From Bdellovibrionota bacterium (lineage in GTDB: Bacteria > Bdellovibrionota_C > UBA2361 > OMII01): a stretch of 64,000 bases of DNA. The stretch's first letter is position 1, and every line of letters starts with the position of its first letter. The notes under the pieces are model-generated. The model searched no databases, was not told the DNA's origin, and saw nothing but the letters and a program-made list of their open reading frames with translations. A program made the translations under genes and the position numbers. The DNA is taken from the NCBI GenBank assembly GCA_044345405.1, contig JBIJBE010000015.1:1-64000 (forward strand), read 5' to 3'. Shown one piece after another: positions 39,397 through 50,101 of this stretch.

Positions 39397-39645
39397 AACG
39401 TTACGAACATCATTCCAACAAAATGACACGACGCGTGACCGCGCGTTCACAAAACAAGCAACTACCGTATCACGACTCCGAATAGCAATTGAACAGCTCC
39501 GCAATCAAGATAGAGGCGCCCAATAGTGGGATACTAAGGCTCGCGCTGGCGGGTGAGATATGCGCCATAAAAGGCCCTATAGTTGAGGAGTTAGGCACAG
39601 GCTTACAGAAACACCCGCACTCAAGCGCATGCGCGAAGGAAGAAC

Positions 39646-40278
39646 ATGAAAGTATTTCCGCTTTGTATCGTCTGTCTGATGTACCTACCCCGCATAGCAT
39701 CCGCGGATTACTCCCCGCGCGACTTCCTCTCTCAAGCACCGGCCGAAACCTTCTCGACGGAGGACGAGCTCTCTGAGGTCGAAAAACAAAGGGTCGCGAA
39801 TTCAAAATTCATCCCCTCAACTTCCTTCACGTGCGAGGCGTGGGAGATAGCGGACGAGTCTCCAACATCACTTACCTTGCGGATATGCCCCGACTCGTTC
39901 GTTCGAATTCAACTCTTTCGCCAAAGCTCGGGCGATACCATCGTTGGGGTCGAGAGCAATCGTTCCGCTGGGCGGGCGTTCGATCTTCGATTCTTTATAG
40001 TCGCGGGGCGACGAAGAAAGATATCGGAGCTTAATGATAATCAGCTTAAGGCACTCGGTATCGACGAGGTGAGCGAAAACGAACTCCTCTCGCCTTCAGC
40101 GAGATTTCCACCGGCAACAGCGCGGAGGGTGTCTTTAAGCCTAGATGAGGAAGGACGACCCAAAGCAACTCTCCGATCATGGGAGGATCCACGATGGGAA
40201 AAGAGAAGGGTCGCGTTTGAGCCGTTTTTTGAGTGGGATGGGGCTCGATTCCACAAGCGAGTTAAGAACGCGCGCTAA
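39646..40278 (+). CDS. Secreted hypothetical protein
   Basis: Signal peptide ending ASA-D; C-terminal FEWDGARFHK. Confidence 0.65.
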   Translation: MKVFPLCIVCLMYLPRIASADYSPRDFLSQAPAETFSTEDELSEVEKQRVANSKFIPSTSFTCEAWEIADESPTSLTLRICPDSFVRIQLFRQSSGDTIVGVESNRSAGRAFDLRFFIVAGRRRKISELNDNQLKALGIDEVSENELLSPSARFPPATARRVSLSLDEEGRPKATLRSWEDPRWEKRRVAFEPFFEWDGARFHKRVKNAR

Positions 40279-40350
40279 AAACTCTTGCCAGTCCGGGAAA
40301 ACCCTTGGCTCTTCGAGACCCACGACCATCTACCGCTCTGCGACCATCTC

Positions 40351-41877
40351 CTATCGCTGTCGCTCGCTAGCCTCTTTTAGAGCCTGTGAGAACCAGCCAG
40401 TCGTCTCTTGAGACGGGCGGGACGCAGGGGCATGAGGTACCTTTTCAGCTCGGTCCCTCTGGATGTCACCTAGCCGCTTCTCAATCGCGTCATACAAAAG
40501 TGAATATTCGCTCACTCCATCCGGATTGGCGTCGAACGCGGCTCCCATCACCTCGATCGCTGAATTAAGGAAAGAGACCTCTGTTATCCTCGGCAACGCG
40601 CGATAGAGGATATAAGCAACACAATTCGCCCTTCTTATAGCGGTATCTCCAGCCTCGCTCCCTTCAGCACTATCTTTTGCACGTTTCACAACCAACCCAA
40701 GGGCGGAGTTGAGGGTAGCGGGTCGCACATCGTCTCCCCCATGCCCCTGCTCCAGCTCCAGCGCGCAAAACGTAATCACCGCGATTGATTCGCGCTCAGA
40801 GTCACCCAAATGTAGCCTGCCGCGTTCCAAGGCTTGGAACAGCGTTGCCACTGTCGCTCCCGGGAGATCGTAGCGACGAACCGCCTGGACGGTGCCATCC
40901 TGCATCGGCTCATAGGCGAAGCACTGATGCGCAAGTTTAAGTGCCGTGCTCAAAAGGATGGCGCCAACCGCTGCCTGCTGTTGAGGGTCGGAGATAGTAT
41001 CTTTCGCATCGAGGTCCTTAAACCGGAGCTTGACTTCATCGGCCGCCGCCATTAGACCATTGCGCGACAGCTCTCCGGTATTATACCTCGCCTGTAATGA
41101 CGCGAGCGCGCCGACGGTGGAAAGCGCCCGAATTGTAAGACTTATTCTCTCTACGTTCCGATTTTCATTAAAAACCAATCCCGACTCAACCACGGCCTCC
41201 GCTAACCGAGCCCCCAGCCCCATGCGGTTACTGATGTCAGCGAGGGTCATCTCAGGTTGATAGTGTGAGGAAATTCTCCGGTGACACGGAGTTGGATCGC
41301 ACAGTGTCGCGAGCAGCGCATCACATTGGCCTACGGCCTGGCGGTCGCGTGGATCGAACGCTCCCATTCGCAGTGCGCATTCCAAAAGAGAAGCGCATGA
41401 ATCGAGATCTCGAAGCGTCTCCGCGCGGCCCCACGCTTTGCTCACCGTAGCAAGGATGGTTTGAGGGGCTAACTCGAGTCCTCTGGTGAGAGCCTGATGA
41501 GCGACGGAAACGGCGGAAGCGGGATCCTTTGCCTGTAGCTCAACAACACACCGCTGAGCGGATATCAAAAGACGACGGTCGCTACGGAGGATAGTTTGCG
41601 AAAAGGCGTCAAGGACCGCCCAAACCTTCAGAAGGTTTTCCACCGATTGCCCGGCGTTAATCTCACGTTGTATTCGGTGGAAAATAAAACCGGGAGCTTT
41701 CAGAGCTTCTTGCGCGGCGGCCTCTTGGGCGAGCGCAAGAAGGCGCTGAGCGTCAAGGGTGTCGAGGGCTCGCAGAATCGCTTGAGAACCTATCTCGCTA
41801 CCCCGTGGGTGCCTATCGTTTGAGCCAAAGGCTTGGTTCACCATAACGGTATACAAATAGTGGCCCAATTCACACAT
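40351..41877 (-). CDS. Hypothetical Ala/Leu-rich helical protein
   Basis: 508-aa uninterrupted ORF; no family recognised. Confidence 0.65.
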   Translation of the reverse strand: MCELGHYLYTVMVNQAFGSNDRHPRGSEIGSQAILRALDTLDAQRLLALAQEAAAQEALKAPGFIFHRIQREINAGQSVENLLKVWAVLDAFSQTILRSDRRLLISAQRCVVELQAKDPASAVSVAHQALTRGLELAPQTILATVSKAWGRAETLRDLDSCASLLECALRMGAFDPRDRQAVGQCDALLATLCDPTPCHRRISSHYQPEMTLADISNRMGLGARLAEAVVESGLVFNENRNVERISLTIRALSTVGALASLQARYNTGELSRNGLMAAADEVKLRFKDLDAKDTISDPQQQAAVGAILLSTALKLAHQCFAYEPMQDGTVQAVRRYDLPGATVATLFQALERGRLHLGDSERESIAVITFCALELEQGHGGDDVRPATLNSALGLVVKRAKDSAEGSEAGDTAIRRANCVAYILYRALPRITEVSFLNSAIEVMGAAFDANPDGVSEYSLLYDAIEKRLGDIQRDRAEKVPHAPASRPSQETTGWFSQALKEASERQR

Positions 41878-42181
41878 GAATTAGACGTAGATAAGGGGGG
41901 AGGTAACGAGGTTGTAGATTAGCTCGCTCCCATAAGTCAAAACATAATCTGGAAAGGAGAGCAAGAACGACTCAACTCACACCTTTTGTAACACTCCCGA
42001 TCTAATGAGCCCCAGACGAGTAGCACCCCTGTAACGTCATTCGCTCGATAGCGTGCTAAGTTCTGCTGACTAGCTCCAAACCCTACGAATCACTCATGTA
42101 ACGTCGTGCACACCTGCGCGTCAGGGATATCGTAGACCAAGGTCACAGCGCCCTTGCCATTTGAGTGTGAGCGAAAACAGG

Positions 42182-43753
42182 CTACAGCTCCTCGATCCTC
42201 TTCAGAATCTCCGATGCCTTCGTTGTAATAGCGTCTACATCTTTCTTACTCATCTTGTCGATCTGACGATACCCCATACCGATGCGGGGATTCTTCTCGA
42301 GCAGCGTCCTATTCCGAATAAGGAAATCCCAGTACAGCGTATTGAAAGGACATCCCCGCTCCCCGTACTTCTCCTTAAAATTGTAGAAGCACCCGGAGCA
42401 GTAGTTCGACATCTTGTTGATGTAGGCGGCGCTTGAGGTATAGGGCTTGGTGCCAACGATTCCACCATCCGCGAATTGACTCATTCCTCGGGTGTTGGGG
42501 AGCTGCACCCATTCGAGAGCGTCCGCGTAGATACCAAGATACCAGTCATCCACCTCATCAGGAGCGATTCCAGCGAGGATGGTGAAGTTGCCAGTAACCA
42601 TCAGACGTTGGATGTGGTGTGCGTAGGCTTCCTCGAGTGATTGATCAACGGCGTGCTTCACACACCGCATCTTGGTATCTCCATCCCAAAAGTAATGGGG
42701 TAACGAGCGCTTTGCGCCGAAGAAGTTGAGCGTTTTGTAGCGAGGCATGTGAGCCCAATAGACACCACGCATGAATTCGCGCCACCCAGCGATCTGCCGC
42801 ACAAACCCCTCGATCTGCTCGATCGAGATCGCTCCCTTACTCTTGCGCCAGGCGGTAATAGCCGCCTCAATCACCTCCAAGGGAGAGATCAATTTCACAT
42901 TCATCGAGAAGGAGATCTTCGAATGGAACAGGAACCGATACTCCGTGTGCATCGCGTCCTGATAGGAACCGAACTCAGGAAGTAACTTTTCACAAAAATA
43001 CTGGAGCGCTCGCAGCGATTCATCGCGGGTGACCGGCCAGGTAAAGCGACGCGGGTCAACAGAGCCGAGTGAAGGAATTTTGAACGACTGCAAGAGCGCG
43101 ACGAGCTCAGTGACATCTCGCGCGAATTCCAACGGTGGTGGTGGCGTGACATCCTTAGGAAGCTTCTTTCGGTTCTCGGCGTCGTAGTTCCAACGACCTC
43201 CGATCGGCTCACCGTCCTCCATTAAGAGATCGTATTTCCGGCGCACCTCACGATAGAAGAGCTCCATGACGTACCGCTTATGACCTTTAAACACCCCTTG
43301 AAAGAACTCGGGGGTTGTCAGGAAGTGCTCAGAATCGACAACCCGCATCGGGACTGAGGCGCGAGCGCTGATATCCTTCAGCGCTTCGGCCACACGGTAC
43401 TCATCCGGCGCTTGATATTCACACGAGGAGTAGCGCCCGGTTGCCAGGAGCTCTTTGATGTTCTCGGCGAAGGAGTGTCGATTGGCGGCGTCATCGAGAG
43501 CGATGTATCGAACTGAGAATCCCCGCGCGTCTAACTCTTTCGCGAAGGCGCGCATCGCGAGGAAGAAGCCGATAATCTTTTGGATATGGTGTCTAACGTA
43601 GGTCGCCTCCTCACGAACCTCCATCAGCACGTACTCGGCGACGCTTGGGTCATCCGAGAACCATGAATGTTGGATGTTGAGCTGATCCCCAAGTATGATC
43701 CGAAGTATTCGCTTCTTCACTCGTTCTCCTTCCGCTTTTTGCTCCGCTGGCAT
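42182..43753 (-). CDS. Cryptochrome/photolyase family protein, PhrB-like Fe-S (6-4) photolyase class
   Basis: ILGDQL, HHIQKI, GGRWNYDAENRK, FGSYQDAM, EGFVRQIAGWREF, YAHHIQRLM, KPY...YINKMSNYCSGC...CPFN. Confidence 0.9.
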   Translation of the reverse strand: MPAEQKAEGERVKKRILRIILGDQLNIQHSWFSDDPSVAEYVLMEVREEATYVRHHIQKIIGFFLAMRAFAKELDARGFSVRYIALDDAANRHSFAENIKELLATGRYSSCEYQAPDEYRVAEALKDISARASVPMRVVDSEHFLTTPEFFQGVFKGHKRYVMELFYREVRRKYDLLMEDGEPIGGRWNYDAENRKKLPKDVTPPPPLEFARDVTELVALLQSFKIPSLGSVDPRRFTWPVTRDESLRALQYFCEKLLPEFGSYQDAMHTEYRFLFHSKISFSMNVKLISPLEVIEAAITAWRKSKGAISIEQIEGFVRQIAGWREFMRGVYWAHMPRYKTLNFFGAKRSLPHYFWDGDTKMRCVKHAVDQSLEEAYAHHIQRLMVTGNFTILAGIAPDEVDDWYLGIYADALEWVQLPNTRGMSQFADGGIVGTKPYTSSAAYINKMSNYCSGCFYNFKEKYGERGCPFNTLYWDFLIRNRTLLEKNPRIGMGYRQIDKMSKKDVDAITTKASEILKRIEEL

Positions 43754-43903
43754 CGCTCGCTACAGTAGATGACTCTGTCCCACGTTAATCGCCATCTTTT
43801 ACGCCATGAGAATGGGCGATGACACACCGGGCAGACCTTTGTCGGGAGTTTCTCTTTGAGCCCCTTTAGATGGCCCATCTCAGTATCTCCGTACGTCGAA
43901 ACG

Positions 43904-44608
43904 CTACTGTCCGTCCGTGAACAACACGCTCTTTACGTAGTATCCGACCTCGCCAGCGAGTAGGAGGGTATAGGCTTTACCGGCCTCAAGGGTGACCGCC
44001 CCCGAGTGGAGAGGGGAGCCATCAACGCCTCGTACAGCGGTAACGTTAACCGCGCCAGCAGGGGCTGCGATGTATCCGGTGTCTCCACCGAAGATGATGG
44101 ACTGAGCGGGCGCGGTTCCGACAGAAACCGTTACGTCAGCGGCTTTGGTTGCTCCGTTTACTACGCGCAGAACGGCATTGCCATTCATCTCTGGAATCTC
44201 ATCCTTGATCAACCGGGTTCTGAGCCCGAAGGTCGTCGTGTCACCGTAGAGTAGGATGGTGTAACGATCCTTCGACGACCCGTCCACTGAGAAATTTCCC
44301 ATTACATCTGTTGGAGTTTGCGTGCGAGTCAACGAGAGGGTTTGCACGGAGCCCGGCAAGGAGCGGTAGCCTTTCGTTCCGGCGAATACCTGCTGCGAGA
44401 CCAGCGGACCGCTCGAAGCGGACGACGATAGGTCCACGGGCACTCCATCGATAGCGGCGTGCAGAACTCTCACGCCGTAGGCGCTGTCGCCCTCGGAGCT
44501 ACCACCGCCACCGCCTCCGCCGCCACCCCCTCCACCACACGCGGAGAGTATCGTGACCGCGCAACACGCGACCAAACGGAGGATATCTAATCGTGGCATA
44601 GATCTCAT
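43904..44608 (-). CDS. DUF4397-like lipoprotein with poly-Gly linker
   Basis: Lipobox LSAC, G12 run, VRVLHA..PVD, LRVVNG, LEAGKAYT. Confidence 0.75.
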   Translation of the reverse strand: MRSMPRLDILRLVACCAVTILSACGGGGGGGGGGGGSSEGDSAYGVRVLHAAIDGVPVDLSSSASSGPLVSQQVFAGTKGYRSLPGSVQTLSLTRTQTPTDVMGNFSVDGSSKDRYTILLYGDTTTFGLRTRLIKDEIPEMNGNAVLRVVNGATKAADVTVSVGTAPAQSIIFGGDTGYIAAPAGAVNVTAVRGVDGSPLHSGAVTLEAGKAYTLLLAGEVGYYVKSVLFTDGQ

Positions 44609-44868
44609 GTAGACCTCTGACTTATGCGCCCGTTTTTCACCTGTAATTCTCAGAGCCCCTCGGAGAACGGGAAACGGTTCTAACGACTACACTATTCACC
44701 ACCCCTCGACCCTGAGTAAAGAACCCAGGGGGATTTAAACGGAGATTTTGCCCATAGGCAACCAACCGAGCGACCCCCGGGCCGCTCACTTCCCTGCGCA
44801 ACGGGCACAACATCTCCCGCGCTCCTTGCACCACCCCCCTCCCACGGAGCTATAACGGGATCACCTGT

Positions 44869-45447
44869 ATGGAGATTTCCTACCATCACACGCCCACTAA
44901 ACTGGGGATCGCCGTAGTCGCGCTCTCCCCATTCGGAGTTTGCTTTCTCCAATTTGGGAAGTCCCTAACGGTTCTTCTCCACAACATGAGAGAGATGTTT
45001 CCAACGGACAACCTCGTGGAGGTATCGAAGCGCGAAGATCCCCCCATCGAGAGGGTTGTGCGCGCGATTCACGCCGCCATAGAGGGAGATGATTCCGTGG
45101 CGCAAGCTCTTCCAATAGCTCCTATCGGAACCGAATTTCAGCAGAGGGTGTGGAACCATCTGAGGTCCATTCCTTCAGGAGAGGTGAGATCGTATTCGGA
45201 GGTCGCCCGCGCGCTTCACGTCCCACTCGCTACGCGCGCTGTGGCCAACGCGTGCGGAGCAAATTCGATAGCACTCCTCATCCCATGCCATCGGGTTATT
45301 CGAAGCGATGGATCGCTCGGGGGGTATCGTTGGGGAGTCCAAGCGAAACGAAATCTGCTAGCGGCCGAGGGTGCGAAGCGTCCTAGGGGAGCGAACCACT
45401 CCTACCAGGGCAACAGCGTAACGGGAGATATGCCAGAAACGACCTGA
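44869..45447 (+). CDS. ogt: Methylated-DNA--protein-cysteine methyltransferase
   Basis: GTEFQQRVW, IPSGEVRSY, RAVANACGAN, IPCHRV, GGYRWG. Confidence 0.92.
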   Translation: MEISYHHTPTKLGIAVVALSPFGVCFLQFGKSLTVLLHNMREMFPTDNLVEVSKREDPPIERVVRAIHAAIEGDDSVAQALPIAPIGTEFQQRVWNHLRSIPSGEVRSYSEVARALHVPLATRAVANACGANSIALLIPCHRVIRSDGSLGGYRWGVQAKRNLLAAEGAKRPRGANHSYQGNSVTGDMPETT

Positions 45448-46118
45448 TCTGGCTGGCGGTAGCAGATCTCCTCAAGCTCATCACTCCATCCTTGAAGTGT
45501 GTGGCGAGAATGTCCTGCCCACTCAAGGTCTCGAACGCTTACAACGTCAATTTGACCATACTCATGGTCTTTAAACTCAGCGATGACCCGTTTTGTTTTT
45601 CCATCACGAAGCCGTCCCTCAAACCCGGTTTCTCCCTGATCGACGGGGCCAGCGACGATATATCCAATAACGTTAAGCCACGTTTTGGTGGGAACAACCT
45701 CAACGATCGCGAGCTCAATGATCAGCGTCTCATCATCTGGCGCATCGACGACCTGATACTTGTTCGCATCGTCATCAGTAAACTGCGCCTTCATCTTATC
45801 TCTGAAGTAATTCGCGAGCTCATCAGCCCACTTCTGTTGGTCCCCCGGCGCCAGGGCGGCTTTTTGCCACCAATCAAGTTTCAAGAGGTGTGTAGTATCG
45901 ACCGGAGCGACATACACCTTCTTATAGGAGAGAAGGTCGGCGTCCTCCTTTATCCATGCGGCATTAAAAGGAATATCTTTATTTGCTTGCAGAAGTTGGG
46001 TCTGATCCAAGAAGCCCGAATCCGGAAGCGCCTTGGCGCGGCACCCCATGAGTATCGAACCGCAGATAAGCGCGCTTACACAGATGGTGGAGGAGAGGAG
46101 CTTAGGAAGGGTTCTCAT
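45402..46118 (-). CDS. DUF3313-like lipoprotein
   Basis: Lipobox LMGC, SGFL, YKKVYVAPV, LIIELAIVEV, EGRLRD. Confidence 0.7.
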   Translation of the reverse strand: MRTLPKLLSSTICVSALICGSILMGCRAKALPDSGFLDQTQLLQANKDIPFNAAWIKEDADLLSYKKVYVAPVDTTHLLKLDWWQKAALAPGDQQKWADELANYFRDKMKAQFTDDDANKYQVVDAPDDETLIIELAIVEVVPTKTWLNVIGYIVAGPVDQGETGFEGRLRDGKTKRVIAEFKDHEYGQIDVVSVRDLEWAGHSRHTLQGWSDELEEICYRQPDQVVSGISPVTLLPW

Positions 46119-46230
46119 ATACTCGGTGACCTCTTGTGAAAGTGGGGCGCTACGCGCGCCGACCTACAGCTGAGTACCACACCGCGCGGGCCGAGGTGAA
46201 GCCCAAAGATGGCGAGCGCGGCTTGAAGAG

Positions 46231-46869
46231 TTAACGCACCCCCCACTCGCGAAGCTTCGCGAGCGCCACATCCTCTGGTCGCTCGATCTTGTCGCTCGTG
46301 TTGTTGATGTGGAACATGGTATTGCCCCGACGCAACATGCCGCTAATCTTCAAACCATACTTCGCGAGGTTTCGAGAGAGGGTATACTCTCCCATCCGCC
46401 AATGCTCCGGATGTTTAAAAACTTTCTTCCACTCCTCGAACGTACCGGGGAGAGGCTCCCAGAGATCATGCGTGTGCTTTGACGTCGCCACGAGGCACTC
46501 AACGATTCCGTAGTAGCGTCCGTCACGAATGAAGTAACTGTCATTCTCAACGTGAAAGAAGTGACGAATGTCGTAGTACCACCAATTTCCAACATTTGAG
46601 GCTGGATGCCACTCCGTGAAGTCATCAATGTGGGGATGCACGAGCATGTCGGCGTCGATACTAATGTTCCAGTCGTACTCCCTTCCCAGTTCGTATATCT
46701 GCTGCTTTTCGCAAACAACGGGCCAATCAGGGAACTTCCGCTCGGTAATGACCCGGAAGTCCGCTCGTAGTCTATCCGCGTATGCCTTGAGGTTCGGCAA
46801 CGTGATGTCACACATGGCGGTTTGCCATCCAGGTGTTGCCACGACGAAAACACATTTCTTGAGAGCCAT
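46231..46869 (-). CDS. Putative glycosyltransferase (GT-A, DxD)
   Basis: KAYADRL..DF, EKQQI, YDWNISIDADM. Confidence 0.55.
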   Translation of the reverse strand: MALKKCVFVVATPGWQTAMCDITLPNLKAYADRLRADFRVITERKFPDWPVVCEKQQIYELGREYDWNISIDADMLVHPHIDDFTEWHPASNVGNWWYYDIRHFFHVENDSYFIRDGRYYGIVECLVATSKHTHDLWEPLPGTFEEWKKVFKHPEHWRMGEYTLSRNLAKYGLKISGMLRRGNTMFHINNTSDKIERPEDVALAKLREWGVR

Positions 46870-47055
46870 ACGTGAAGCTGTCTTGTTTAGATACACTCTT
46901 GAAGTATCACGCCCCTCGCTTCCGTGCCAGAACATCAAAGAGAGTCACCGTTTGAGCCTCCCTGACTAGCCTCATCCCCACCCGCTACACAGCTCGGTAC
47001 CCTTTAACCTCAATCGAAAGAGGTTAGGTCCAACAACCAAGGAGGTCGGTGCGCG

Positions 47056-47289
47056 ATGGGAACCTGTACTATGTGCCATAACAGATACGACAAAACGTTC
47101 GACATCATCCAGGCGGGGCACACCTATACGTTCGACTGTTTCGAGTGCGCCATTCAGGCCCTTGCCCCGACGTGCCTTCGTTGTGGATGCCGCATCATAG
47201 GCCACGGAGTTGAGCACGACGAAAAGTTTTATTGTGGAGCCCACTGCGCCCACGCAGAGGGGATCGCGGAGGCTCGAGACCGGGTCTAG
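47056..47289 (+). CDS. Cys/His-rich small metal-binding protein (prokaryotic metallothionein-like)
   Basis: CTMC..YDKTF...FDCFECAI..LAPTC..CGC.IIGHG..YCGAHCA; AAGGAGG RBS. Confidence 0.85.
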   Translation: MGTCTMCHNRYDKTFDIIQAGHTYTFDCFECAIQALAPTCLRCGCRIIGHGVEHDEKFYCGAHCAHAEGIAEARDRV

Positions 47290-47594
47290 AGGCACTTTCA
47301 AACAACATATACAAACCGCAAACTCCGCGGCTAGGCATCATCTCGGTGCCTCCCCCTCTGCCGAAAATTGGGGGGGCCCTCCCACCGGTTTGAATCTCCT
47401 CTCATCAAATCGGTACACAGGCACGTGAGCGGATACTTTTTCCTTTAATCAGGAGTCTCTTCTCTACCAGCGCGACAGAGCTCACTCCAACCGGCTTTTT
47501 TTCGTACGCAAAAAAGTAGGGGCTAGGAAGAGCCCTTCCACTCTTCATAGCCTCACGCGCACCTAACTATTCACTCTTATTCGCAACTTCGTCT

Positions 47595-47609
47595 TGGCTC
47601 GGTGCTTGC
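47595..47609 (+). promoter_or_regulatory. sigma54-like -24/-12 promoter
   Basis: TGGCTCG-GTGC-TTGC with GG-N10-GC spacing directly upstream of the S8 gene. Confidence 0.5.
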
Positions 47610-47621
47610 CCAAGACCTCCC

Positions 47622-49628
47622 GTGGCTATTGTGCGCCCTGTTGTTCGGAGCCCAATTATGATGTTCTCTCCCCTCTTGCTTACGTCTCCTATAATCCGAT
47701 CAATCCTCCTTGTCGGATTCTTTATCTCTCTTACGCGCCCTGTCTCAGCGCAATCGAGTTCATCGACCGACACCTCTCCGAAAAAGGTGCTTCGGGGACA
47801 AGAGATAGTCGTCTCATTTCCCTCCATGACCGGTGGCTTTTCAGCCCGAGCGTCCGCGAAGATATCAAACCTCAAAGCAGGTAGTGGAACCCGGCTTGCG
47901 AAGAAACTCTCAGAGGATCGACTCGGAGTATTCTCATCGAGCGCGAACTTGGGAACTCAGGGAATAGAGCCATTTGAGATCTCTGCCGCGAGCGTCCAAG
48001 CGATGTGCGCCTCAATTCGGTCAGCTAACGCGGGGGTTGATATTACGTGTGAGGCGAACACTCTTGTAGCCACTAACATAAACCCGAACGATCCTCAGTA
48101 CAGCGCGCTCTACGGAATGGCTAAGATCAGCGCTCCTCTCGCGTGGGACATCTCAACAGGCTCAACGAGCTCTGTGGTAGCTATTATCGATACTGGTATC
48201 GAGTATACTCACCCAGATCTTGTGGATAACATCGCCACTAATACTCAAGAGATCCCAAACAACGGTGTCGACGATGACGCCAACGGCTACATCGACGATT
48301 ACTATGGATACGATTTCATTAACAACGACTCGAATCCAATAGACGACCACTACCACGGCACGCACTGCGCCGGCACGGTAGGCGCGAAAGGCAATAACAG
48401 CAAGGGTGTGACCGGTGTGAACTGGACGGTCAAACTGATGCCGGTAAAGGTTCTTGACGCGTCCGGTTCTGGCACGCTCGCCTCAGTAGTGGCGGGAATG
48501 AACTACGCTGTAAAGCGTGGGGTCAAAATTATGAGCATGTCGCTGGGAACAACAGCCTACAGCTCAACGCTGGAAAACGCGGTCATCAACGCGCGTAACG
48601 CTGGAGTGCTTGTCGTCGCAGCCGCCGGCAACAGCTCCCAAAATACCGATATCTACCCCCAATATCCGTCGGCGTTCCCTCAGGATAACGTTCTCGCCGT
48701 CGCGGCCAGCAACTCGACGGACGTGCTCGCCTACTTCTCCAACTACGGAGCGACCACGGTTGACCTGGCGGCGCCAGGAGAAAGCATTCTCAGCACCTAC
48801 ATCGGTGGTCAATACGCGTACGCGAGTGGTACCTCAATGGCTACCCCTCACGTCGCCGGTATGGCCGCATTGCTCCTCGCGGTGAATCCATCGCTATCGT
48901 ACTCCTCAATCAAATCGATCCTGATGGGCACTGTAGATCCTCTACCATCGATGTCAGGAAAATTGGCATCGGGTGGTCGCGCTAATCTCTACAAAGCTGT
49001 GATGCAAGCGAAATCGGGACAAACCCCGACCCCCCTTCCAACGGTGAGCGCCACAGCGACCCCGATTCGAACCGCGACAGCGACACCCACAGCGACACCC
49101 ACTCGCACCGCGACACCCACAGCTACTCGCACCGCGACAGCTACACCTACACGCACGGCGACCCCCACACCAACGTGGACACCAACCATCATCGTGACCG
49201 CTACCCCAACAAGGACGCCAACGTGGACACCTACCAAGCAAGCGACGAGCACTCCACCGCCAACCTCGACACCGACAAAGGCACCCACTATCGCGCCGAC
49301 CGCTATGCCGACGATGACTCATACCCCAGCACCAACGCCTCCAGCGATGGAGCCTCCGGCTGACTCTGAACCAAACCCGAATAGTATCTCAATCGGCACA
49401 GAGCGAACTCGCACCCGTGTCTATGTGTTTGGCGAAGTGCTTGATGACGCCGACGTTCCTCAAGCTGAGCTCTCCGTGAAGATGAACTGCGGTGGGCGCG
49501 TTGTCGCAACCCGGACAACTGACCTTGAAGGCTACTATGAGTTCATCTTCAAACGGCCATCGAAACCTGTTCGTTGCTACACTGAGGACGCCACAGGGGC
49601 TCGGTCTCGACGCATTACCGTTCGCTAA
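47622..49628 (+). CDS. S8 subtilisin-like serine protease with Thr-Pro linker and small C-terminal beta domain (start possibly 47658)
   Basis: [31 protein letters not shown]; [13 protein letters not shown] Ca loop; TPT repeats ~49020-49340. Confidence 0.95.
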   Translation: MAIVRPVVRSPIMMFSPLLLTSPIIRSILLVGFFISLTRPVSAQSSSSTDTSPKKVLRGQEIVVSFPSMTGGFSARASAKISNLKAGSGTRLAKKLSEDRLGVFSSSANLGTQGIEPFEISAASVQAMCASIRSANAGVDITCEANTLVATNINPNDPQYSALYGMAKISAPLAWDISTGSTSSVVAIIDTGIEYTHPDLVDNIATNTQEIPNNGVDDDANGYIDDYYGYDFINNDSNPIDDHYHGTHCAGTVGAKGNNSKGVTGVNWTVKLMPVKVLDASGSGTLASVVAGMNYAVKRGVKIMSMSLGTTAYSSTLENAVINARNAGVLVVAAAGNSSQNTDIYPQYPSAFPQDNVLAVAASNSTDVLAYFSNYGATTVDLAAPGESILSTYIGGQYAYASGTSMATPHVAGMAALLLAVNPSLSYSSIKSILMGTVDPLPSMSGKLASGGRANLYKAVMQAKSGQTPTPLPTVSATATPIRTATATPTATPTRTATPTATRTATATPTRTATPTPTWTPTIIVTATPTRTPTWTPTKQATSTPPPTSTPTKAPTIAPTAMPTMTHTPAPTPPAMEPPADSEPNPNSISIGTERTRTRVYVFGEVLDDADVPQAELSVKMNCGGRVVATRTTDLEGYYEFIFKRPSKPVRCYTEDATGARSRRITVR

Positions 49629-49645
49629 AGCGTTCCCACACACCA

Positions 49646-49679
49646 GGGGCTGAGCGTTGTCGCTCAGCCCCCTTTTTTT
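49646..49679 (+). terminator. Intrinsic terminator
   Basis: ggggctgagcg-ttgt-cgctcagcccc followed by a T7 run. Confidence 0.9.
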
Positions 49680-49869
49680 GGTACCTAGGCACGTCCATTA
49701 CAGTAAGAGTCTCTCTGGAGCCGTCGCGTCGACCGCTGAACCGATGGGCACCAGATCCGCCATGAAGCCAGGGATTTTTAACCGCAACGGACGGGAAGGA
49801 CACAAAGACAGGGGGAGGCTTTGTGCGTACATCACGTGCAGTGGGTTCCCCCCTAGTTGACTAGTCGCC

Positions 49870-50088
49870 GTGAAGGACAATAATAGTGAGATGTTCCAAA
49901 AGGTCCGACAATTTCAAACACCCCGCGAGTACAGCGACGAGACTCAACGCCTCGATTTGAGAAGACTCGTAACCATGAAACCCTCGTACGAGAGCGTCGA
50001 CGCAATCCCTGAGACGCGAACATACACACCCTATCCGTCTCAAACCCCGAAGGCAGCAACGCCGTCCTCTCCTGAGACGAAAAAGTAG
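49870..50088 (+). CDS. Possible small hypothetical protein
   Basis: 72-aa ORF; ATG at 49891 downstream of AAGGA. Confidence 0.35.
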   Translation: MKDNNSEMFQKVRQFQTPREYSDETQRLDLRRLVTMKPSYESVDAIPETRTYTPYPSQTPKAATPSSPETKK

Positions 50089-50101
50089 CAGTCACGGGAA
50101 C

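Noticed and set aside
44620-44868. Possible decayed Ada N-terminal domain upstream of ogt
   Set aside because: In-frame stop just upstream and no recognisable Zn-binding Cys or HTH remnants
45492-46139. Long antisense ORFs such as 45492..46139, 10645..11346, 53242..53886, 35589..36122 and 61646..62176
   Set aside because: Each lies opposite a better-supported gene; typical shadow ORFs
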